A stretch of DNA of 64,000 bases from Proteromonas lacertae (Eukaryota): positions 1 through 64,000 of the forward strand of contig NGBS01000326.1 of NCBI GenBank assembly GCA_002245135.1. The letters are read 5' to 3'. The notes below the pieces were generated by a model, which saw only the letters and a program-made list of their open reading frames with translations, searched no databases and was not told where the DNA came from. The translations under genes and the position numbers were made by a program. Every line of letters begins with the position of its first letter. Position 1 is the first letter of the stretch. Shown piece by piece: positions 13,462 to 23,883 of the stretch.

Positions 13462-16400
13462 ATGTTGTATTTGATAGATAAAGTGTTATATGCTAAATTA
13501 GCGCATGATATGAAAGTATTTGAATTAATTTATTTTTATTAGGAGAAAGAGAGAATAGATAGGAAGTGTTAATGAGTTAGATTTAGTTGTAGAATATGAA
13601 AATGATATTCAAAAGTTGAAAGTGTTTAATGTATGTGAAATAAAAGAGAAGCAAATATTAAAATTGTTAGAGAATAACTCCTTTATGTCAGATTATTGTT
13701 CCTCCTTCATTTGCCGATGTAGAATGTATGATATGAATGATTATGGTGAATATATGATATATTGCAGAGAATATTACAGTAGAGACTTGAAAGAGATAAT
13801 TCAACATAAATCCTTTTCAAATCATGAAATATGTGTTATAATAAGTTTCAATATGTGATGATGTAATGGTATTTAGTGAATATGAGATTGTAGTTGGTAA
13901 TTTGAAGAGTAGTAATGTGATATATGAAGAGAATGGTGTTTTAAAGTTATGTGATTTATTGTTGAATGAATTGAGAAAAGAAGAAGATATGAGAATATAT
14001 GATATGAATTTTAAGAGCCCAGAAGAGTTGAATGGATTAGAAATGAATGAGAGAAGTGTAATTTGGTCAATTGGTTGTATTTTATATGAAATGATTTATA
14101 AGAAATTACCATTTAATGAAGATGATAATATGTTTAAAACAAGAGAGAATATTGTGAGATGTAAATACAATTATGATGTAGAATGTGATGATGTGATGAA
14201 AGAGATGATATGTAGAATGTTGAAAGTGAAGAATGAAGATAGAATGAGTTTGAAAGAGTTGAAGAAAGAAATGATAAAAATGAGTGAAATATTGAGAGAT
14301 AAAGATAATAATGTAATGATATGTGAAGAAAGAAAAGAGTTCTTATTCAATAATGATAATGCAATTATAAAATTTCCAATAGTTTATCCATCAAAATATT
14401 ATATTGAAAGTGAAAAAAGAGAAGTGATTAGAGATGATATGATAGAATCCTACAATAGTCAACCAAACGAAAGAATATTGTCAATATTATTGATGATGAA
14501 ATTATTTAAAGAAGAGAAATCAATTCATGATAAATTGAAATTTCAAATACACCACAAATGTAAAAGATGTGAAGAATGTAATTTAGATGAGATGATATTT
14601 AAAATAGAAAGTAGTTATTTAGATGAAGAAATTATTCAAATATATTCTAGTTGTATATGTTTCTGTGAAGAAGGAATGAGCTATTTTTTTAGAATATTGA
14701 GAATAATCAATCCAACTTTAATATTTTGTATGATTTTAATAATTATGATTTATTTAGATTTTATTCACATACCAATTATTCGTCAGTCATTGTTTGTATC
14801 ATATTTGACTGGATTATCAAATCTACAAACATTAGATTTATCAAATTGTAATCTTACTTCCTATTTCATTGAATTATTTGTTAAATCAATTCCATTGATG
14901 AAATTGAAATATGTAAATCTTTCATGTATTTATAATGATATTGTTATTTTATGAAATAGCTAATCCAATTGGTGTGAAAGGATTTAAATTGTTACTTCCA
15001 TATTTGAATTTATTAATCAACGAAAATAATGAATTGAATCTTGAAGGAATGAATTTAAATGATGAATGTATGATATTATTATCATCAGAGTTATATAAAT
15101 ATCCACATCTTAGGGAAATATATATTAGATACAACAGAAACATTCATTCTCAAGGATTAAAAGCATTATTTTCTAAATTTCCAAATATATATTGTGATGT
15201 TTGTAAAGAATTACTGATTGATAAAGACATTCCTGAATTAGTCAAATATATAAACCAATACAATGAATTAGATCTGATTAATTCAGAAATAGATGATGAT
15301 ATTTTCAAAACATTCATTTCATTAAGATCAAATGAATTGAAAGAAATAAATGGATTAGATTTGAGTTGTATAATTTGATATTTTCATAATATTTAGATAA
15401 TGAATTAACACATAAAAGTATAGAAATACTGATAAACAATCTATCATCATTACCGAATCTTAAATATCTCAAATTATATGGAAATGAGATAGGAGATGAA
15501 GGAATGAAAATATTATCTCCACATTTACATTTATTAGAAGATTATGATAATAAATACTATTCTGATTATATTCTTTTAAATATAGCAGAAATAGGATTAT
15601 CTTCAACTGGATTAAAGTATGTATTTGATGGTTTAAAGATTATTCAAGACAAATACAGAAGAGAAGGTTCTAGTGAATATTACTATGATGATGAAGATTA
15701 TGGAGATGAAGATTTTATTTCACTTAATATTAGTAATAATAATATTGATTCAGATGGAATAGAATAAATGATAAATTATATGAAAGAGAATGATATTATT
15801 AAAGAATTGAATATTCAAAGTATATTTATAGTAGTTTTTAATTGGTTTAATGATAATCCAATTGGTAATGCTGGATTTAAGCTATTAATAAACAATTTGA
15901 ATGTTATCAATAAGTGGAATAGATTAGATTTCAGTAATATCTCAATAGATGATGAGAGTGTAATATTATTGTCTAACAATTTAGATTCATTTTCTAATTG
16001 CGGCATAATAGATTTAAATGGAAATAATGTCAATATAAATGGATTAAAAGCAATTTGTTCCAAATCATTAGAAAAAGAAGAATATCCATTTATAAAAATG
16101 AAATATTCCTTAATGACAAAAGAAGAATTTGAATATTATTTGGATTATTGTATTAAAAAGAAAAGAAAAGACTATAAAGAGTATGATTTTTCCAGTATAT
16201 TATCTGTGTTTATAATGAAATAGATTTAAATGTGAATGATTCTCACATTTCATTAATAAAACAGATTAATTATGAAGAACTTTATTTATCCAATAACAAG
16301 ATTACTTCTAATGGATTAAAAGAATTAACAGGTTCTTTTCCAGAAAATGTTAAATATATCTCAATATATAATAATCCAATTGGAGATGATGGGATAGAGA

Positions 16401-16782
16401 TAATATGTAAATATTTAGATAAATTCATCGGATATTCGTCATTAAACATCTCAAGTATTTAAAATTCTCTATTCTATTCTATATAGATATTGGAATGAGT
16501 GAAAAAGGATTGAAGATGTTAATAGAAAGATTAAAAGATTATAGACCATTGACAGATCTATCAATAACAGAATTAGATGAAAGTGAATTAAGATTAATGA
16601 AAGAGAACAAAGAAGTATTTGAAGATTTAAAAGAATTATCAATAACATTAAAAGAAGATATAGAAAAATCAGAATTAAAATCATTTTTAGAAACATTTAC
16701 ATTCATAGAAGTAATAGAATTAGATGGGATAGAAGAAGAAGAAAAGAAAGAATTATCAAAAGAATATTGGAATGTTAAATAA
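13462..16782 (+). pseudogene. Pseudokinase-LRR family, copy 1 (disrupted)
   Basis: Kinase C-lobe motifs GNLKSSNV, KLCDLL, SPEEL, WSIGCILYEM followed by RNI-like LRR exons. Frameshifts at ~13563 and ~13845 and an in-frame TAA at 15765 where copies 2 and 4 have TAT. Confidence 0.75.
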
Positions 16783-17068
16783 TTCAATTATTACTTGATT
16801 TACTCTATTATTCTTTTATATGTTAATAATTATGTGAATGTTTATCATACTATACATATTTTCATATTTTTTTGTTTTAATTGATTTTAAATGCTTTCTA
16901 TGTTGTTTTGATGAATTAATTCAAAATACATTTTCAAACCATCATCAAGCCTATTTCATTTTCATTTTGATTTTAAATATAATGATGAAACAGGCTGTAA
17001 TCTTCAATATGTTCAATTTGATATGAAGTAATTGGGTGATATGTTTTAGCAATAAATACAACAAGATA

Positions 17069-18210
17069 TTAAATAACAAAATAATTATATTCAGGTAATA
17101 GATTTCTATCATCAGTCTTTCTTGAAGTATAAATCTCAGTATCTTGTGACAAATACCTCTTCAAATACTCTTCAAGCATATTCATCATATATTCATTTAA
17201 AATTCTAAGTCTTAGTGGTAAAACATGATTGAAACATTCATTAAAATACACATCCATTCCATTAATAGAATAAAACTGATAATCTTCCAGTAAAATCAAT
17301 ATGTCTTTTGTAGAATTTTTCATCACTTACATTTTCTATTTTCTATTTCTTTTTCAACATTTTCATTCTATTAAATAGTAAATATTCTTTTAGTGTTATT
17401 TTGCTTATTATATATATAATTTTATCTTTTACAACAGTAAACCTTATTTCAAATTCGTATTTAAAAGATAGTAATATTGTATAACAACCATCTTTTACAT
17501 CTAATTTTTCTACATTAGAAATACTTCTTTTGTAATTATATCCAACAACTGCTGGTATAGAAAAATCTACGTATCTGAAATAAAAGTCAATATTGGATGA
17601 ACAAATATCTTCTACTGATATATGGTCATAAGCAATCGCAAACTTTATTCTATCTCATCTTTCTCTAACTCGTTCCTCATACTTAACTTTCAAAAATTGA
17701 AGAATTTGCTGAAAATTGGAATTACCAATAACTAAAAAGTCGATTTTACCTATTATACCTGAATTAGTATTCATAGCTACTTCAATTATTTCTTGAATCA
17801 TAACTAGCCCTATGTATGCATAATCATCAAATTTTCTATAATATTTTATTATATTTCCATATAAATACATGTTATTATTTTCTTTTACTAATTCTTTTCT
17901 TCCAAAATTACAGCTATTTTCTGTGTTTGTCGCTTCATCAATTATAATTATGTCGTTAATGCTTTCATTGTTATTATTTGGTGTTATACAGCTGCTTAAA
18001 CATTAATTAGCACCTTTATTCATAGAGTGGTTTTCATATCTCTTATGATATACAACATTGTCCAATACATGAGACTCCTCTATATATTATAATAATATTG
18101 ATTTAATGAAAAAATGATTGAATTTTACAGTATAAAGTGATTGAAATATTATGAAAATGAGTAATAAGAATACTTACTACGGTTGAATTCGTATGCATAC
18201 AATTGCCCAT
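17069..18210 (-). pseudogene. Degraded paralog of the MGNC protein at 11764-13000
   Basis: First exon MGNCMHTNSTV from ATG 18210. Homologous stretches (DEATNTENSCNFG vs DENANIENTAKLG; DGCYTILLSFKYEFEIRFTVVKDK; PEYNYFVI). Internal stop near 18005 and frameshifts. Confidence 0.6.
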
Positions 18211-18332
18211 TCTTCTGTCACTATTTTAAAGTAAAAAAATTGAAAATTTAGCAAGCCAAACTTGAACTTTCAATTGTATTTTGCAACAACTCCAAATAAC
18301 GAATAAATATTAAAAATTATCTATTTTTCTAC

Positions 18333-19422
18333 CTATTTTTCATGATATCTATTGTCCATCTTCATTTCTTCAAATCCATATGTCAAAGCAGCTGTAACTT
18401 ACAAAACATGTTCCAATTATGAAATAGAAGCTCAAATGTAAGTCATATAAATATACTGAGCAAATACAAGACAATATGATTGAAATTGCAGCAGCAAATA
18501 ATTTCAGAAGATTATCAGCATACTTAATCACAATTGCCACAAGAATACCACTTGTAATCCTAATAAAGATGCATGCCCAAGTCTATTGAATAAAGTAAAT
18601 ACCAAATAAATACCCATATAGTGTAAGCATTAAAGAATCCTTTTTGAATGAGAATATTTGACGAAGTATAAGACATTTCAATAACGCACAATAATAAACT
18701 CCATATTGACAATTGTATATTTTTAACCCAAATCGAAGAATTCTTTCCTTTTAATATCTTCTCAAAATATACTCCTGCAAATGCTGATGTTAAACAAGAA
18801 ATCATTACACATATAAAACCTAACCAAAAATCATTATTTGCTGATGATGTTGAACTTTCTATTAATAATAATTAAATATATATAATATTTATCATACTTG
18901 TAGGCTGAACTAATATCATTCCAAGTGGTAATATTAATATACTTATCCATTGAATAAATGTGATTGTTTTATTCAAAATACAGATTGAAAAAAAAGCTGT
19001 AACTATAATTCTCCCTTGTGTTAGGATTTGATAGGTCGCTGCATTTAATAATTTCAAGGAGATATATCTATTTATATATAAAATTGTGAAATAAAATATA
19101 CATTAAATAATTTTGAATAGTATACAAACCAGCTGGAATTAATAATAACAGAGTGTCGCACTTTTTATCAATTATTTCATTTTGTATTATTTCACATACC
19201 TTTGAAGCACTTCTTGTTTGAATCAATAATGCCACCAAACAAGTTAACAATTTTCCAAATTCTGTTAATACAATTGCAGTGGATGGAAGAAATTTCTCTC
19301 CTGGTAGCTTTTGAGCATAATTAATGACAAGAGACTATTAAAAAAATAACAATGTCGTGTACTTGAACTGTTGTCCAAACAACAATGCAAATTAGTGATG
19401 CCAATTTTATGCTCAAAGCCAT
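18333..19422 (-). CDS. Nucleotide-sugar transporter, SLC35A (UDP-galactose/CMP-sialic acid transporter-like)
   Basis: Motifs IPAGLYTIQN, AATYQILTQGRIIVTAFFS, SAFAGVYFEKILK, SIWVKNIQL, IKYADN; several short introns. The 3' end is approximate. Confidence 0.85.
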
Positions 19423-19448
19423 TTTGTTTTAAATCATAAAATTATAGA

Positions 19449-19460
19449 AAGCTTGGCTTG
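19449..19460. promoter_or_regulatory. Candidate promoter motif AAGCTTGGCTTG (also 21354-21365, 41928-41939, reverse at 13038-13049, 1-mismatch reverse at 18252-18263)
   Basis: Exact 12-mer recurs 26-42 nt upstream of ATGs of unrelated genes in very AT-rich DNA. Confidence 0.55.
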
Positions 19461-19523
19461 TGCTTCTTTATTCAGTTATTTTATAAATTCTATTGCTATA
19501 GTTGGATTTAATAGATATAAATT

Positions 19524-19844
19524 ATGGGATGTTGTAGTTCAAAAGCTAAGACCACTCCGATAGTGGTGAAACCTAGAGTTGTATGCTGTTTGATACTTAT
19601 TCTGTTATAGAGTAGTAAAGATAATGATTTACAAAACTCAAATAAAAGTAATCAAGGAAGTGTAAGAGGGAGTGTTAAAGAAAGTGTTAAAGGAAGTCTT
19701 CACAATAGTATTAATGTAGCTGAATATAGAAGGAAAGTATCAATGAAGTTAGTCCAACACAATACTGTTGGAGTTTCTCCTCAGCTAAAATCCAGATCAC
19801 AAAGAGAACATCTAAAACAAATTGATGAAAATTTAAAGGATTAA
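19524..19844 (+). CDS. Small protein with MGCCSS N-terminus (candidate dual acylation); not in ORF track
   Basis: ATG 19524 (MGCCSSKAKTTPIVVKPRV), 30-nt GT-AG intron 19581-19610, open frame to TAA 19842-19844. Confidence 0.7.
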
Positions 19845-19904
19845 ATAGAATAGTAGTAAATAGTCTTTTAATGCATGTAAATTATATATAAATATTTATT
19901 ATAT

Positions 19905-21328
19905 TTATAAGTGCAACTGACACCAATCTCTATTTGTCTTTAATAAGTGAGTAAAAGTCTGTACTGTGTTATCAAATGCGTTATTCTTATCTATACTAAA
20001 ACTTGTGATTTGTTTCATCTTCAAAACTGAAGTACAAATGATTTTAACTCCTTCATTTCCTAATCCAATATCTAATTATTATAAAAACAAATCAAAATTA
20101 TACTACTCAGATGTAATTCAGTAATAGATGGACAGGATTCAATCATTTGTGCTAATACACTCGCATTCTGAGCTCCAACTTCTAAAACTTCAGTTTTTTT
20201 CAATTCAATTCCTATTTTTTCTAAAATAGTCTGTTTCTTTCTATTTTCTATCGAAAATACCCTCAGATATGGAAATTGCGGAATAATTCGAGCTAGGCCA
20301 AATATTCCATCACCTCCTAAGGCATGTTCCACTATAATAATTGAAATAATAATATTTATATAAAAATACAGGATATTCTTAATTCGTTACAACTTTCATA
20401 TGCTTGTCTTTCTATTATATCATCAACTTCAGGAATTCCAGCAAAATCTATAAATTTAAAATATAATAGAAATATATTATTTTTTCTATACCATGTAAAT
20501 ACTGATCCTGTATATAAGAAGATTCCAACAGTTGATCTACAGTCACTCTTTCCATTGGATGTGGAGTTAAGCACAGTTTAATAATATCTGTTAATTCACT
20601 ACTATATTTACTATTTGTATCATCACTTATTAATAAAACATCAGGGTTAAATATATATGAATATAAATCTTCAACTGTTGAAAATGGTGGTGTTAATGTA
20701 GTTAACTGGTATAATATCACTCCGATTGACCACACATCACTTGTTGATGAATATTCTAATCCATCGTATAATTCTGGTGCTTTAAAACCATTTTTACCTA
20801 TATTGCAGGAGAAATTATAATCTAAATAAGCATTATTATTAGATCTTGATATTAAAACAGTTGATAAAGATATAGCACCATGATATTTGGATCTTTTGTG
20901 ATTTGGACGTAGGGCTGTTAATATTTGGAATAGCCATCGCTTGATATCTCTTTCTGGAAATAGACTCCATGTCTTTCTATTCTTTATTACCAATGATTCT
21001 AGTGAATCTTCAAAATAATCAGTGATTGTTACTAAATATGTAAAATATTGCAATGTTTGCACTATGTGAACATTATATTTGGTTTTTGGATAGTATATAA
21101 CCTATTACACACTATATTGTGAATAAATACAGAGTCTGTGTGAGATATAAACGCTTTTGCATTTAATGTACTTAAACAAGGTAATATACGCATAAAATAT
21201 TTCTTCTTTTCCTTTATATTCTCAATTGTGTAACAGGCTGACACTCCACTACTTTTGACCTTTCCTGTCAATTTATATTCCTTTAGCTTTTCTTGAAACA
21301 TTCTCTCCATCAATGATTGTTTCACCAT
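19905..21328 (-). CDS. Divergent NEK-like (pseudo)kinase with C-terminal LRRs
   Basis: HGAISLSTVL replaces HRDLKxxN, DYN replaces DFG; APE and DVWSIGVILYQL retained. C-terminal exons carry LRR-like ELRIS, LGGDGIFGL, ITELHLSNIGLGNEGVKII. Confidence 0.7.
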
Positions 21329-21448
21329 TTCTTTAAAAATAAAACAAATATCAAAGCTTGGCTTGAAGTGGTATTTTCGTTTTATATTATTTGTCTTTAT
21401 TCTATCTCTCCTAATAAGTAAAATAGATCAAATATAATCAAAAACAAA

Positions 21449-23815
21449 ATGGAATCAACAGCAGATGATAATAGTGATAAGCCAGTTCATGAAGGTTGGA
21501 TAAAAAAACAAGTATTGTTAAATCTATAGTTATTAAATAGGGAGACTTTTTAAAAACATGGAATGACAGGTATTTTAGATTGTATCCTGATTCTCTTCAT
21601 TATTTTTCATCGGAAACTTCTAAATCCTCAAAAGGTTTTATTTATCTCAAAGATATAACTGATATTCGTACAACTTCCTTTAAAGATAGAGATTATTGTC
21701 TTATAATTACATTATTAGTTGGTAATTCTTATTTATTGGCACTTAGATCCTCAGCTGAACAGAGAATATGGTTTCAACATATTTGGAAAACTCGTAATGC
21801 TGCAATTGCAGAAATAGGCAGACAAACCATGGAAACAGATGAAGCAAAAAATATGAAAGTGTTCACAGCAGATGAAGTTCATTTATTATGTAAATCAATA
21901 GTCACAGCCAAGAGTGTAATTAGATTAAAAGATTCGTTAAAATTATTAAGAAATTGTGCAGATTATTTATCTCCAGATGAATTACTAGAGCAAAGGCAAC
22001 ATTTCACATCAGTTATTACACAAAGTCAAGCAAATTGTCCAGAGATATGGGATCATGGGTTAAAGAGATTAGCTGATCAAATATTCCACAGAATTAGTCC
22101 TGAGTATATAGAATCATTAAAGAAACACATTGAACAAGAGAAATTACATCCACATAAAAGAAACAGTGTAACAGGTAATTCAGTAGTAGCACAAATTGTC
22201 AATATTGAACAAATTTATAAATTTGGTAAAAGACTTGGCTCGGGTACATTCAGTACAGTTCATATAGGTCAAGACAAACGTACAGGTGAAAGATTTGCAA
22301 TAAAATGTATAAGAAAGTGTAAATTATCAAAAAATGATGTTTCTGCTTTAATCACTGAAGTAGATGTAATGATGAAATTAAAATCTCATCCAAATATCGT
22401 CAATTTTATGGGCTTCTATCAGGACACAAAATATTACTATTTAGTTCAAGAGCTATGTTTAGGTGGAGAATTATTCAATAGAATAGTGGAAAGGACTTAT
22501 TATAGTGAATATGAAGCTAAAGAAATAAGTAGAACATTAATCGCTACTTTAGGTTACTGTCATGCCTTAGGAATCGTTCATCGTGATTTAAAACCTGAGA
22601 ATATATTACTAGCTGATAGAGATGATGATTATTCATTAAAAGTAGCTGATTTTGGATTTGCAAGACAAGTTGCTTATCAAGATAACAATTTATTAAAAAC
22701 AAGTTGTGGATCACCAGGTTATGTTGCTCCAGAAATTCTACAGAATAAATTATACGGCAGTAGTGTAGATATGTGGAGTTTAGGAGTTATTATATATATA
22801 TTATTATGTGGATTTCCTCCATTTCATAATGATAATCAAGCAATATTATTTAATTTAATAAAGAAAGGAGAGTATAAATTTCCATCTCCCTATTGGGATC
22901 ATGTCAGTAAAAACGCTAAAGATTTTATCTCTCATTTATTAGTCGTTGATCCTGATGGAAGATATACAGCTAAACAAGCATTAGCTGATCAATGGTTAGC
23001 TCAAAATCCACCTGTTTTACCTGATGCTGATAGAAGAGATGGAATGAATAATAACACATCTTCAGGATTAGTTCAACAACAGCAACAACCTAATCTACAA
23101 TCAGCTGTACAGATGCTTGAACAATTCAATGCAAGGAGAAAATTAAAGGCAGGAATGAGAGCTGTAAGAACAGGAATAAGATTGAGAAAGTTATCAACTC
23201 CATTACAAAGTAGAAAACCAACAACTTCCAATATGGATGATAAGAAAGAAGATTCTTCCTCTACTTATATATCTACATTCTGGAAACGTATATATATTAT
23301 TATTTATTATTTTCTAAATAGTTGATACAACTAAATATCACATAGTAAGAAGTGCTCCAGATTTATTAACACCTTCAATTGGTAAATTACCAGCTGGTTC
23401 AAGGATTATAGTAGATGATGATATAATCAATATGTATGGTTGGTGGTTAAAACTATCAGTGATGTGTGCAATAAACTCAGGTGTTTCTGATCCTTCAAGT
23501 GCTTGGGTGATGGGTCAAGCTCCAGGACAATCTGTTTTATTTGAGAGAGAAATTGCATTGAAATATGAGAGTTTACTACCAAGTGATGATTTACATGCTG
23601 TTTATGAAGAACCTGTATTAGAAGGAGGAGTTCAAATAGGTCAGATTAATGGAGGAAAGACAATCTTAGGTGTAACAGTAGTTGATAATAAAGATGGAAA
23701 ATGGTTACAAGTGTTTGCCAATCAATTTGATAATGATCATGAAGGCTATACGATGATTAGTGATGTAAATGGGAAAGTATATTTTCACATGATAGAAAAT
23801 ATTGAAAGAAATTAA
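21449..23815 (+). CDS. PH domain + CaMK1-like Ser/Thr kinase + calmodulin-binding segment + C-terminal SH3b-like repeats
   Basis: PH signature HEGWIKKQ|GDFLKTWNDRYFRL across a 29-nt intron (21512-21540). Intact GSGTFS, AIK, HRDLKPEN, DFG, APE. FNARRKLK autoregulatory segment. Intron 23288-23321 joins the 23432-23815 ORF in frame. Confidence 0.85.
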
Positions 23816-23883
23816 ATAATTCAATATTTAAAATATATAATTATTCTATATATATATATATATATAGGCTATTATTATTATTA

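Noticed and set aside
14700..14760. Transmembrane helix in the kinase-LRR proteins (LIFCMILIIMIYLDF), suggesting a receptor kinase
   Set aside because: Most of the stretch is an in-frame ~30-nt GT-AG intron (GTATGATTTT..TTTAG) read through by the ORF finder.
15765..15767. Stop-codon reassignment or readthrough (in-frame TAA)
   Set aside because: Other copies have TAT here, and TAA, TAG and TGA terminate conserved genes normally, so it is a point mutation or error.
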